The notes below the pieces were generated by a model. That model did no database searches. It saw only the letters and a list, made by a program, of their open reading frames with translations, and had not been told where the DNA came from. From Carcharhinus longimanus (taxonomy: Eukaryota), in NCBI GenBank assembly GCA_030264375.1, contig JASCQW010000061.1, positions 72,498,939 through 72,562,938 on the forward strand: DNA of 64,000 bases, in the 5' to 3' direction. Position numbers and translations under genes: made by a program. Shown piece after piece: positions 12,001-24,755 of this stretch; within the stretch, counting starts at the first letter, position 1; each line of letters starts with the position of its first letter.

Positions 12001-12439
12001 CTNNNNNNNNNNNNNNNNNNNNNNNNNNNNNNNNNNNNNNNNNNNNNNNNNNNNNNNNNNNNNNNNNNNNNNNNNNNNNNNNNNNNNNNNNNNNNNNNNN
12101 NNGGGACGGTGGAAGTGGTATACGGTGTTAAGAGTATAGACGTGTTCAATGAGGTTCTTCTCTCAGGTTGGTGTGTGGATGGAGGATTTGTTGCCTCGTT
12201 TACAGTTCCTGTGTTGGTAGATGGATCTGCATGGTCCGGCATTCCGGGTCGGACTGTGGTTTGGCTTCGCAGATCAGGAGATATCCAGAACACGCTCCGG
12301 TGTGGATGAGTCAAGGGTCAGTAAGTCAATGATGTCCCTGCAGTTGCAGATGGGCCAGTAACCAGATCCACGTGTTGGGGTCTTCAGGGTCACTGCAGGT
12401 CAGCAGTTATTGTGCATTAGTGACTGTGAGGAAAATAAC

Positions 12440-12760
12440 ATCTACTGCCTGTCACAGGAACAGAAGTAGGCTATTCGACCCTTGACCTTATTCTTTATTA
12501 ATTATTTAATGGCTGAGTTATATCCCACCTCCATGTACTCACCCTAACTGCATATCACTTGGTAGTCCTACCTTTGAAAAATTTATTGATCTCAATCTTG
12601 ACATTCCAATTGATCCAACCTCCATAGTCTTCTGAGAGTGCAAATTCCTGATTTCCATTACACTTTGTCTGAAAATATGCTCATGGTTGTATTCCCAAAT
12701 GGTCTACTCTAATTTCCGGACTCCACTGTCTTGTTCTGAATTTTCCCAGAAGTAGAAATT
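12440..12760 (-). mobile_element. Old CR1 3' fragment
   Basis: aggaacagaagtaggctattcgaccctt 3'-end motif with a diverged body. Confidence 0.55.
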
Positions 12761-13489
12761 GGGTTGAATGTTATGCTCACAACAATGGGCATGTCCACTT
12801 TGTGTTCCACAGTTCCACTGAACCTGATTTAGTGACAATCAGGCTCTAAACTCATTGAAATCAGGGTCACTATCATCTTCAGTGTTAATATCCTGCCTCC
12901 AAGAGCTTCCAGTCAATCAGAGGTTGGCAGATTTTCCGGTACCAGCGTAACCACTAGGAGAATTGGCCACTGCTGGAGGTGAAAGCTGTAGTATCGCATG
13001 GAGGGAAGGTAGGTAAGGTAGCTTCACTAGGTCTGGCCAGGATAACCCTGGCATAGAGGTGGAGCAGGTTCAATACTTAGGGCAGGCAGGGGTCTTTGCA
13101 CGTGGTGGTCCATGCCTCTAGCAAATTTCTCCATCATCCTTGGGATGCTCAAGTAAAAGGGACAGCTCCCGCTCCACCCCCCAAACCAGGATGCATGTAT
13201 TCCCACCAGGGTTAACCTATGGATTGCGAACTTGGCATTACCACCATTCGCTGCTGGTTACGTACTAGCAGCAATGGGATCAAGTGGCTTTGCGCTGTGA
13301 GGCTGTCTTTGAACTTTCCCAACCCAGACTTTATTGGGTGGGGTGTTCAGAAGATGACAGGATCTCGGGGCCTTCCAACCCCATTAAATAGGCACCCTTC
13401 ACCTCCTAGCCACCTCTTGTGGGGTGCATTAAATTCTGTCCATTACGTCTCTGCATTTACTCTGTTAAATATCACAATTAGACCACCTT

Positions 13490-13845
13490 TTTTTATTCAT
13501 TTGCGGGATGCAAGCATTGCTGATTGGCCAGCATTTATTGCCCATCCATAGTTGCTCAAGGGCTGTTGAGAGTCAACTACATTGCTGTGGCTGTGGAGTC
13601 ACATATAGCCCAGACCAGGTAAAGACGGCAGATTTCCTTACCTAAAGGATACTAGTAAACCAGATGGGTTTTTCTGATAATCAACAATGATTTCATGGCC
13701 ATCAGTAGATCCTTAGTCCCAGATTTTTTTTATTGAATTCAAATTCCACCATCTGCTGTGGTGGGATTCAAACCCAGGTCCAGAACATTAGCTGAGTTTC
13801 TGGATTAGTAGTCTAGTGATAATGTCTCTAGGCCATTGCCTCACA
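13490..13845 (-). mobile_element. SINE family B, near full length
   Basis: Minus-strand head gaggcaatggcctag...gggtttgaatcccacc, conserved core, and tail shared with the LINE at 23340. Confidence 0.8.
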
Positions 13846-14723
13846 ACCTCCTAAATTCAGGAGAAGACAAGTCAAGTTTCGGCAACCTGTCTTATAATTT
13901 AACTGTTGAAGCACTGGTCCCTTCCTGAAGTGCCTCTTTTGTATCCACTGCAATGCCAACATGTATTTCCTAATGTGTGTTGCCCAAAGCTGAGTGCAGT
14001 ATTCCAGGGCTTTGGTTTATTCAGCAAGTATTCAAAACAAGTCACATCATAAATAAATCAAGGGGTCAAATTTGAATTCAAAATGTCCTTGGATTAAAAG
14101 ATGGAAACACTAATTTTTTGGCACTATCACTGTTTTACTTCAGTGAAACAACAGAATACAAGAACAGGTTCCCCAACAGAGGTTCTATAGTGAGTATAAC
14201 TATTTAAGAACTGTGATGTTTAGTCAAATAAATACATTAATGGTGTTAAGTATATTAAGCTAACAGCTGCTGTCAAATGTTTGCATTACCTTCAACAGCA
14301 GGTGTTTTCAGTGATCTAATTCACAAGATTTTTCTTTCCTTCTACTTAGGCTTTGCCATCCCATCATTTCCAAACATCGCTGAGCAAAAATCACCAACAA
14401 AAAGATCCTTAATCCAAATTGCTGGGCGGAGTGGAGGTGCTGTGGCAGGTGTGGGGGTGGCGTTTCCAACAAATACTTTAGGCATGCAAGCACTGAAGAA
14501 ACGGCCAAGGTAGATCTTAAACTGGAATGTCACTTTAGCCTCCATTTAATGTACGGTGCCATCTTGGTAAAGGAGTTGAAGTCAATACCACAGGCTTGTC
14601 AAACAGCCGCCTTCCACTTAAGATGTCTGCACAGAACTTTAAGGGCTGGGGCTTCATCTAATGCCATCTCCTCACATAAACTGGTGTTCGGAAGTAAATA
14701 TGGCGTCAATTTAACAAAGGAGG

Positions 14724-15093
14724 TTGAGGGGCAACCTGACAGAAGTCTACAAGATTATGAGAGGCATGGACAGAGTGGATAGTCAGAAACTTTTTCCCAG
14801 GGTGGAAGAGTCAATTACTAGGGGGCATAGATTTAAGGTGCGAGGGGCAAGGTTTAAAAGAGATGTGCGAGGCAAGTTTTTTTGGGTGCCTGGAACTCGC
14901 TGCCAGGGGAAGTAATGGAAACAGATACAATCGTGAGTTTTAAGGGGTGTTTGGATAATACATGAATAGGGTGGGAATAGAAGGATATGGTACCCGGAAG
15001 GGTAATGGGTTTTAGTTCAATCGGGCAGCATGGTCAGTGCAGGCTGGGAGGGCCGAAGGGCCTGTTCCTGTGCTGTAATTTTCTTTGTTCTTT
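14724..15093 (+). mobile_element. 5'-truncated CR1 LINE
   Basis: RGNLTEVYKIMRGMDRVDSQKLFPRVEESITRGHRFKVRGARFKRDVRGKFF, then 3' UTR and ttctttg tail. Confidence 0.9.
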
Positions 15094-16693
15094 AAAGCTT
15101 TTTTTTAAAGGGATACTCACCATTTCACTATCATTGCTGCTGGACACCTGAAATAAATCAGGAGATTTCCTGCGGCAGTTTGTCAAGATATCACCAAAGC
15201 TTGAGCAACATTTATTCTGAACGTTCTCTGGGTGCTTCATCTAAAGCAGGTAAGTGTTGTGCTTTTCCACCTTACTGAAGTCAACAGGAGATAGGAGGAA
15301 ATGCTTTACCATCGGTAGTTTGCTAGGGTCTGTAGGAGGAACTGGAGGAGGATATGAGGCCAGGAAGAGTAGCACTATCTGTTGTAGGAGAGAGCGACAG
15401 GATGTCAAATTGGTTGAGGAGTTAACTTTCCTCAATATAGACATAGAGCATCTTTCTTTTTCTGGACCTATTCCACCAGGATTTCCAGTGCTGAGAACCT
15501 ATGCACCTTCTGGTTGAGCCATCCTGCTGTGTACCAACTAGAGCACTCCACACTTACAGCGGGTGTGAGGAGCCCACATACGCTGCTGCAGAAAAATTGT
15601 GTTTCTTCAACATTTGAGTGCCAAACCTGCTGGTGCCTGTTTAGCACCCCCCAGGTAAACTCAAATTAAAGTAATCAGCAATTAGAGCCAAATAGTGAGC
15701 TAAATCCAGACTTCAAATGGATGTGATTGATTAGTGCAGCATCTACTTAGTACTGTTTTTCATTCTTTAGCCTTAATAACCTGTAATAATTCTTATTCAC
15801 CCATTAAGGGAAAAACAACAACATTTTTATCTATAGGTAAAGGCTACAAGATACTTGCAGCTAATTCGTCAGAAAGTTCTGGAACAGTATCAGGATGATT
15901 CACCTTCCCTGCTCCCTGATTGGGTACCTGTGTCATGTGGCTCTTAATCTGCAGTTTAATCCTTAAAGGGAGAATGACTACATAACCTCTCCCTTCCCCA
16001 CCCCCGATTTCTTGGCACTGCAATAAAATTCAAGATATAATAGATTTTCCAAAATTCTCCAATTGGAATGACAAGTATAAAATTCAATTTTGGTAGAAGA
16101 AAGATTGGGCAGTTAGTGATCGCCTGTCTGTGACACATACTGTTGACCCCTGATATACCTGGTCAGAGATGGACCAATTGAAGGCAATGAGCATGCGATC
16201 TTTCCACACCACTTACTTCCATTAGGATGGTCTGAGTGCTCACTGTTTCTTCTTAGAACCATCAGCCCCTTCCTTCATCTATCTGAACTTGTTCTCATAA
16301 GTGGAGGAAGTGAGTGAAGTTATTGCAGTGAGAGCTGCTTTCAGTCCTAAATATTCTTGCCGTCTCATGGGAAATGTGGAACATTCTTTGTTCTGATCCC
16401 ATTCATGTGTGTGGTTCCCCCTCTCCACCCTCCACCACCCCATCCCCCACCCCAGCCAGCACATTTTCCAGCACATGAGTGAATGTATTGATGCCATTTG
16501 CTGTTCTTATCTTGAACTGGAAATCAATCAGCTTTTCTTCCAATTTTCATCCTTTCTTCACCTTCATACAGTCTGTCTTGGACTCTTCATTTCNNNNNNN
16601 NNNNNNNNNNNNNNNNNNNNNNNNNNNNNNNNNNNNNNNNNNNNNNNNNNNNNNNNNNNNNNNNNNNNNNNNNNNNNNNNNNNNNNNNNNNNN

Positions 16694-16860
16694 GGGCGGG
16701 AATGTGGAACTGAGCCACGACAGATCAGCCATGATCTTATTGAATGGCGGGGCAGGCTCGAAGGGCTAGACGGCCTACTCCTGCTCCTATTTCTTATGTT
16801 CTTATGTTCAATGGGCTGAATGGCCTCTGCTGCTCTGGAGTATTCTGTGATTCTGTGAAT
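16694..16860 (+). mobile_element. CR1 3' end with (ttcttatg) tail, followed by a second CR1/HE1-type tail
   Basis: gatcagccatgatcttattgaatggcggggcaggctcgaaggg...ttcttatgttcttatg, then atgggctgaatggcct...attctgtgattctgtg. Confidence 0.8.
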
Positions 16861-17300
16861 GTGCAACATGAACCAAGCACATTTACTTTCAATAACTGTG
16901 TATCATTCAATAAAATAAAAAGGCTATCAGTACTTTGAAAAAAAAGGATTTAGTTCTGCAACATCATTAATTCATTGATCCTTCTTAAACTGAGATTTGA
17001 AAACCTGGCAGAATATACCGATATTTTAAGGCAGGATTCTGCCCCTTCGCTAAACCACTCGGATTAGTGAGCTCAGTAGAACATTGCAACAGTTTTCTTT
17101 CCTGTCTTGACTGAATCTTTCAGTTCACTGAATATTTAGCAACATATGTTCATAGTGCTTATAAATTGCAAGATAACAGAAATCATTAAAGTGAGTTGAA
17201 GATTCTGGATTGATTTTCACACTCCTCACAAAATACTGTAACACATTCTCCAAGTGCCAATAAAATGTTTCTGAGCTAAATATTCCGAGCAACCTGCGGA

Positions 17301-17541
17301 CTAAGTGACGTGTGGGATCCATGGAATCCACAAACAAAGAGCACGTTGCAACAACTGAGTTATGTTAGACAGCGAATGGAGCTTGAGCATTGCTGGATAA
17401 ATTGATGTGTGTGCGTCATTGGATTCTGTGCACGTGTGGGCCAGTGCACATGTATAGACAGTTAGCAACAGCCATATTGCATTGATGGGAGACATGGTGT
17501 ACTTATAAAACATATGAAGGAACTGACTACTGGATAGCAAT
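17301..17541 (-). CDS. Weak candidate terminal exon (LLSSSQFLHMFY...WIPWIPHVT*), unidentified
   Basis: Minus-strand acceptor tttattcatttAG followed by a 79-codon open frame in apparently non-repeat sequence; no recognisable homology. Confidence 0.2.
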
Positions 17542-18399
17542 CTAAATGAATAAACTAGCTTTGCATATTAAGTAAAATTAATTTTCAGTCATTTGAAGTC
17601 AGGTTATTTCTGAGTGATGAATTGATTTAAAATGCTTATATTTAGGATAAAATCAATTTACATCTGTATTAATTAAGCCTTACCAAATTACACTCTTAAA
17701 TAGATAAAGAAATAATCAGGAGGCACATCTTTTGGCTTCAGAGTGTTCCTAGAGATCTATCTTTATTTTCAGGAGGTCCCTGTTCTATCTTCAACAGTAG
17801 GTCAGTGCTATTGGGCACCTTTTCAGTATGACACCCAGACACAACGGTGGACTACATGCCATCTAGGCCTGCCCTGCCACTAAATAAGGCGTAAAATCCT
17901 GGGTGCATAATTAATGAGGTTGGGGCCAGAAGTGTTTCCCTACCAAATGCCATATTGGGAAACACTCTACATTCCCACCTCTCGTGTCGGCATTTAGTCT
18001 CAAAATAGAAGAATTTCGTTCAAATTTTTGAAGCAAAATTTTAATTGCCATGATGGGTGGGGTGGGGACAGGTTTGGGTGGGAGGAGACGGGCTTAAAGC
18101 TCTAAAGGTTAAAAACCTGGCATGATCCTGCTGACTTTGAGATTTTACCGAGGCAAGTTTGAAGAAGAGCGGAAACATCCCAAGGAGCTAACAGGTCTGT
18201 CATTTAAATATTTAAATGACCAATTGATTGAGTCGTTAACCATTAATCCTCAGGGCAGTGCATGGATTCCCTGAGCTGTGAGACAGCAAAGTGAGAGCAC
18301 AGCAAGGAGAGTCACTGATCATGAAACTGATAGCCTTAAAATTCTTTAAACGCTGAAACTGCACAGTTGTTGGCCTGTCTCAGTGAAAGACTTAAGGTT

Positions 18400-18815
18400 A
18401 TGAGTGCATAAGATATAGGAGCATAATTAGGCCATTCGTTCCATTGCTCTACCATCTGGTCATGGCTGATGTGCTCCTCATCCCCATTTTCCTGTCTTCT
18501 CCCCGTAACCCTTCAACCCATTACCAATTAAACATCTGTCTAACTCCTCTGTAAATTTATTCACTGTCCCAGCATCCACCACACTTTGGGGTTGCGAATT
18601 TCACAGATTCATAACTCTTTGGGAGAAGTAGTTTCTCCTCAACTCTGTTTTAAATTTGCTACCCCTTATCTTAAGACTATGACCTCTTGTCCTAGAATGC
18701 CCCACAAGAGGAAGCATCCACTCCATGCCTATTTTATCCATACCTTTTGTTATCTTGTATACATCAATTTGATCTCCCTTCATCTTCTAAATTCCAGAGG
18801 GTATAGGCCTAAGCT
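18400..18815 (-). mobile_element. CR1 LINE 3' fragment
   Basis: GDQIDVYKITKGMDKI...TRGHSLKIRGSKFKTELRRNYFSQRV plus 3' UTR. Confidence 0.9.
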
Positions 18816-18949
18816 CTCTCTCATCTGAGAGTATAAGCCTAAACTCACATCTTCAGTCTCTGTTAGGCAGAAGACAGATTGGAGATGTGTAGGGACTGGG
18901 ACAGCCAGTGGGCAACCAATAGGCTGCCAGCCTCTGAACAGTTTTCTTG

Positions 18950-19830
18950 CATTCCTGATAAAGTTTGGAGCGTGCATCATTACAAAAACAGAAGAAGGAG
19001 ACTTATGATAAATGTTAAGCTGTAATTCAGCATGGAGTCATTTTGAATATTAAAAGTTCAGGAAAGAACTGGAAAATGTAATGTAGAGGCTAGGGGATGT
19101 TAGAGATAGTAAGTTAGTGGGAAACATTAAAGCCTTTTAGAAGCAAAGAAGTAGTAAAATGGTAGTCAAAGGAAGGATGCTAGGGTTGATTAGGTCCTAA
19201 AAAGAAAATGTTCTAGTTGAGACAGGGGACATTGAGATTCTAAACACGTATCTGCATATGTTTTGAATAATAATGAGGGGTGGGGATTTTCTGGCCCTGC
19301 CAGCTGTTGGGATCATCCTGTTCCACTGAAAGTCCATGGAATTTTGGCTGGGTTGCCAAATTTCCCATGGCAGGTCCTGCCATGATGGAGCCGGAAAATC
19401 CCAGCCAAGAGCAGAGTTAATGTCACTGTTAAGGAGCAGGTAGAGGAGAAATTGGATATTATAAAACACTGTAGACAAAGAGGAGGCATTAAAAAGGCTA
19501 ACAGAACTTAGAAAAAAAACATGAACCCGACAGGGCTCATCAGGAGTTATTCTCGGAAGCAAGGGTGGAAATTACACAGGCTTTGGCAATGATTTTTCAA
19601 TGTGTTTTATGACAGGGGATGGATACAAATCTTGCACCTCTGTTCAAAAATGGGGTGAAGGATAAACTCAGTAATAATGGACAGCAAGCCTAACACCAGA
19701 AGCCTAATATCCTTTGGAGACAATAAGTCAGGATAAAATTTATTGTCACTTTGAAAAATATGCATTAATACATGAAAGTCAGCATGGGCTTGCTCAAGGC
19801 AAATCATGTTTGACTATAATCCATTATATG
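18950..19830 (+). mobile_element. Highly degraded CR1 ORF2 remnant
   Basis: Patchy CR1 motifs such as ttggcaatgatttttcaa, cctctgttcaaaaa and cagcatgggcttgctcaaggcaaatcatgtttgact. Confidence 0.55.
19279..19406. mobile_element. Short MITE (Harbinger-like) nested in the CR1 remnant
   Basis: TIRs GGTGGGGATTTTCTGGC and GCCGGAAAATCCCAGCC (14/17 match). Confidence 0.6.
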
Positions 19831-19847
19831 TCTACCTCTCTTTAGCT

Positions 19848-19925
19848 CTGAAGAAGTCGTACAGACCCGAAACATTAAAGCTGTTTCTCTCTCCCCAGAT
19901 GCTGCCAGACCTGCTGAGTTTATTT
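19848..19925 (+). mobile_element. Penelope-like terminal fragment with degenerate hammerhead-ribozyme core
   Basis: CTGAAGA (19848-19854), short stem gtc/gac, GAAA (19869-19872), then cagatgctgccagacctgctgag as in the related copies. Confidence 0.55.
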
Positions 19926-20100
19926 CATGTTTGACCAATTTTATTGAGTTCATGTCACATAGATAAAACTAAAAATGAGGCCCGATGGAAGGAGTTTGAG
20001 GAATTAGATTCTAAATTAATGAGAAGAATCTTGAAGATAATTTCTGGATTGTTACCTGAGCCACACACAAACTGACATAGAATCAAACAGATCAGCAAAT

Positions 20101-20443
20101 TGGCAGCGCATGGTACAGTATTTAGTACTGCTGTCTCATAGCGCCAGAGACCTGGGTTCAATTGTGGCCTTAGGTGACTGTGTGGAGTTTGTACATTCGC
20201 CGTGTGTCTGCATGGGTTTCCTCCGGGTGCTCCGGTTTCCTCCCACAGTCCAAAGATGTGCAGGGTTAAGTGGATTGGCCTTGCTAAATTGCCCTTGATG
20301 TCCCAATATGTGTAGGGGGATTCGTGGGGTAAATGTCTGGGGTTACAGGGATAGGGCCTGGATAAGATGCTCTGTCAGAGTCAGTGCAAACTTAGTGGGC
20401 TGAATGGCCTTGTTCTGTACTGTAGGGATTCTATGATTCTATA
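20101..20443 (+). mobile_element. HE1-like V-SINE with CR1-type tail
   Basis: Head, V-domain and tail ending gtagggattctatgattctat. Confidence 0.9.
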
Positions 20444-21214
20444 AAATTAAACACATGGCTAAAAAAGTGGTGTGGGAAAAACAAAGAGCTTTGATTCATG
20501 GGGCATTAATGTCAGTACTGAGCTAGGAGGAAACTGTTCTTTAGGGATGCACTCCATGAAAACTGGGTTGGAATCAGGATCCTGCTAAATTGAATAACTG
20601 GAGCTGTGGATGGGGCTTTAAATGAACAGAGGTGGGGCAGGATGTTAGTACAAGAGAACAATTTAGAAACTCGGAGAAAAGTTGAGGCAGTCCCGCAGTG
20701 GACTTGGATTTGCATGCCATCACTCTGGCCATGGACTTCACACAGGGGTGGCCTGGTGGAAGTGTACTAAGAGCCTGGACTTCTATGCAGGTGCCCATCT
20801 TCCTCAAGTAGTCAAGGAAGCACCATCATGCACCAAGATGGAGGAGGAGCAGCAGACTGCTTCTTTTGGGGCATTGAGGGTGGGCAGTCTCTCCTTAACT
20901 CCACTGCCAGTGACCCAACTGCTTCCAAGGCTAAAGGGGATGAGTCTGACCCATGCAAGGATCCCTCAGCCTGCCACAGCCCTTCTGGTCTCAAATAACC
21001 AGAGGATGGCTGCCACGCTCATGTCCGGCAAGGCCTGCCTGCCTCCACCTCAGCTGGGTAACTTGTGGTTACACCATATTGTGGTGATTGAAAGTGTAAC
21101 TGAAAGAGTGTGTAAGTGCACAAGGCTGGAACAGGTGCTTAAATGCAGTCTATTAGTGCGATTGAATAGCCTTGTTTACTTTACTTATGTGTTGTGGATT
21201 TCTTTCAATGCCAG

Positions 21215-21515
21215 AAGGGTGACACAGTGGTTAGCACGGCTGCCCCACAGCACTCGGGATTTGGGCTCGATTACTGGCTTGGGTCACTGTCTGTGTGGAG
21301 TTTGCACATTTTCCTGTGTCTCCATAGGTTTCCTCTGGGTGCTCCTGTTTCCTCCCACAGTTCAAAGAAGTGCGGGTTAGGTGCATTGGCCATGCTAAAC
21401 TACCCCTTAGTGTACCTGAACAGGTGCCAGAGTGGGGCGACTAGGGGATTTTCACAGTTACTTCATTACAGTGTTAACGTAAGCCTATTTGTGATGAATA
21501 AATTAACTTTAAACT
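21215..21515 (+). mobile_element. HE1-like V-SINE with alternative tail
   Basis: HE1 head and body, then agtgtacctgaacagg...gactaggggattttcacag...aataaa..aacttt. Confidence 0.85.
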
Positions 21516-21518
21516 TAG

Positions 21519-21845
21519 GGGCTGGACAGTGGCACTGTGATTAGTACTGCTGCCTCACAGCGCCAGGGACCTGGGTTTGATTCCCAGATTGGGTGAGTGT
21601 CTGTGTGGAGTTTGCACATTCTCCCCATGTCTGCATGGGTTTCCTTTGGGTGCTTCAGTTACATCCCAAACTCCAAAGATGTGCAGGTTGGGTGCATTGG
21701 CCATACTAAATTTGCCGCTCAATGTCAGGGGGACCAGCTAGGGTAAAAGCATGGAGTTATGGGATAGGGCCTGGGTGGGATTGCGCTGGGTGCAGACTCA
21801 ATGGACCGAATGACCTCCTTCTGCACTGTAGGATTCTACGATTCT
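21519..21845 (+). mobile_element. HE1-like V-SINE with CR1-type tail, tandem to the previous copy
   Basis: Full head, body and tail. Confidence 0.9.
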
Positions 21846-22537
21846 TATGCTACACCTCCCACGTTTTTTAATCCAATGTTTCACAGTGCAGTCAAGTTGA
21901 CCCAACATATTTATATTACCCTTCTCCCCACCCCACCCAGCACATATCTAGTCCAATACTAACCTTTTCTATGCTGGATCCTTATACTACATCCTCGATC
22001 CTCAGTGACCCTTGACCTTCCCTGGTGCTTCTCAGCCTCTTCTCCTCTCTTCCAGCAAGATCTGTGAGTGGTGATGCACGAGCTCCAACTGGCCCAGCCA
22101 CCACCTCAAGGATTAATTCACCTGCTCAAGACTGGCTTTGACTGTTGTGAAAGTGAAGGCCCGTGATTCCTTTGTGCCCCCAATTTAATCACCAAGGTAA
22201 CAGTTGTTCGTTAAAAGCTGTCACTTAATGAGCATTCATTGCATGCAAATCCATTAGAATTACATATCCACCCCATGCCGTCAACATTGCCATCCAGTTT
22301 CCTCCTGCTATCAGGATAATCTGGTACATCACTCCTGACATCAGGGACTTAACACTATGTTATTCCATCCCTCTGCCCACATCTTTCCTCATTCACTCAA
22401 CCAGCAATATTTCCGCTCATGGTTACATGATGACCAAGGTTAGGAAATAAATACTTCAGGGTGCACAACATTTCAAGAGAACAGACAGGTTAGAAAAAGG
22501 AGCAAGAGTAGCCCTGATAGTAAAGGACAATATAACA

Positions 22538-22800
22538 ACATAAGAACATATGAAATAGGAGCAGGAGTAGGCCATCTAGCCCTTCGAGCCTGCCCCGCCA
22601 TTCAGTAAGATCATGGCTGATCCGAAGTGGATCAGTTCCACTTTCCCGCTTTCTCCCCATAACCCTTAATCCCCCTGTCCATCAAAAACCTATCTACCTG
22701 CGTCTTAAATATATTCAGCGAGGTAGCCTCCACCACTTCAACAAGCAGAGAATTCTAGAGATTCACCACCCTTTGAGTGAAGAAGTTCCTCCTCAACTCT
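22538..22800 (-). mobile_element. CR1 3' fragment nested in an older + strand CR1 remnant (~22400-23200)
   Basis: acataagaacata...aggagcaggagtaggccatctagcccttcgagcc 3'-end signature. Confidence 0.85.
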
Positions 22801-23204
22801 GATAACGACAGTAAGGAAGTCAGTGCAGACATGATGAGCCAAACAACCTCCTACTGCACCATAACAAATTGTGTGATTCTGAGAAAACACTGCTGGGAGT
22901 AACTTAAAGCCCTCCAAATAGTAGTTTTATCATTGGACAGAGCATTAAATAGGAAATAATTGGAGATTGTAGCATAGGGTTTCCAAAAGGCATTTGTTAA
23001 GATTAATAAACAAAGTAAGGCTGCATGGAGTTGGGGATAATATATTAATGTGGATGGGTAGGAAACAGAGGGTGGGGATAAGTTTGGTATTTTTAGATTG
23101 GTAGGATGCAATTCGTGGAGATCTGCAATGATCAGTGCTGGGGCTTCAGTTTTTATAATCCAAATTAATGACTTAAACAGAGAGACCATGAGTAATGCAT
23201 TTAG

Positions 23205-23302
23205 AAAAAGGAATTGCTGGGAATATTTACCAGGTCTGGCAGCAGCTGTGGAGAGAAAAACAGAATTAATATTTTGAGTTGAATATGATTCTTCTTTGGA
23301 AC
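23205..23302 (-). mobile_element. Penelope-like terminal fragment
   Basis: caggtctggcagcagctgtggagagaaaaacag is the reverse complement of the motif at 19880-19920. Confidence 0.6.
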
Positions 23303-23339
23303 TGCCAAGGAACCTTGTTAAAATTGAAGTCAGTGAAAC

Positions 23340-24325
23340 TTAGTAGTTGGAATCACATCTAGCACAAAGGAAGATGGTTGTGCTTATTGGAGGCCAATTA
23401 TTTCAGTTGCTGGACATTGCTGTCGAGCTTCCTTAGGATAGTGTTCTTGGCCTAGTCATCTTCAGCTGCTTCATCAAAGATTGGACCTCCATCATATGGT
23501 GAGAAATTGAGATCTTTCCTGATAATTGCACACTACACAGAGCCATTTGCCACTCCTCAGATACTAAAGCAATCTATGTCCACATTAAAGCAAGACTTGG
23601 ACATTTCAGCCTTAAGTGACAATTAATATTTGCATCTCACAGATGCCAGACAATGACCATCTCCAACACAAGAGGTTCACACCATTTCTTCTTGGCATTC
23701 AACAACATTGCCATTGCTGAATCTGTCACTATCAAGATCCTGGGGATTACCATTGACCAGAAACCCAATGAGACCAGCCATATAAATATTGTAGCTATAA
23801 AAGTGAGTCAGAGTCTGGGAATTCTCCAGCAAGTAACCCACTTCCTGACTCTTCAAACCAATTCATCCCCTACAGGCTCAAGTCAGGAGTTTGCTTAAAT
23901 ATTCACTTAGGTGAGTGCAGTGCCAAAAACACTGTCAAAACTGATCCAGGGCAAAGCAACTCGCTTGATTGGTACTTGAGCCATTACCTTTGACATTCAT
24001 TCCATCCACCACCAACCACAGTGCAGTGGTGTGTACTATATACAAGATACACTGTAGTAACTCACCAAGACAGCACCTTTCAAACCTGCAACTTCTACCA
24101 AGCAGCAGAGACATGGGAGCACTGTCACCTGCAAGTTCCCCACTAAGCCACACACATCCTGACCTGGGACTTATCAGAATTCCTCAACTGCCGCTGGGTG
24201 AAAATCCTGGAACTCCTTATCTCCTAATCACACTGTGCAAGTACCTATACCACACTCACCCTCACTTTCTGGAGAGCAATAAGGATAAACAGCAAATGTT
24301 GGCCTTGCTGGAGATGCTCATGTGA
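23340..24325 (+). mobile_element. Degraded CR1/L2-group LINE (family B), RT to 3' end
   Basis: Decayed GVPQGSVLGP-like region (cttccttaggatagtgttcttggcc), KILGITIDQK, and a tail shared with SINE family B. Confidence 0.75.
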
Positions 24326-24329
24326 AAAG

Positions 24330-24755
24330 ATTTATTGGAATGGTACCAGAAAGAAAAGACTTCAGCCACACAGAAAGACTTGATAAACAGGAGTTGTTCT
24401 CCTTTGAAAAGAGAAGGTGAATGCTGGGTATGCCAGAGATGTTCATGAAGGGTTTGAAGAGAAAAACTATTTCCAGTGGGTGAAGGGTCAGTAACCAGGG
24501 GGCACAGATTTAAGATAATATGAGAAGCAAGATTTTTACACAGCGGGAGTTATAATTTGCAATGCATGGTCTAACAGAATGTTGGCAACAGGTTCAATAA
24601 TAACTTTCAAAGAGAATTGGATAGGTTCTCAAAGAGGAAAGATTTGCAGGACTATGAAGAATGAGCGAGGATGTGGGATTAGTTGTCAGTTTTTTCAGTG
24701 AGCGGACACAGACATGATGGGTTGAATGACCACCTTCTGTGCCAGTTGATGATGT
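24330..24755 (+). mobile_element. Old CR1 3' fragment
   Basis: accagggggcacagatttaagata, tttttacacagcg and acagacatgatgggttgaatgacc motifs. Confidence 0.75.

Noticed and set aside
20682-21380. 232-aa ORF
   Set aside because: Non-ATG start, runs from a repeat-like block into an HE1 SINE, and has no domain signal.
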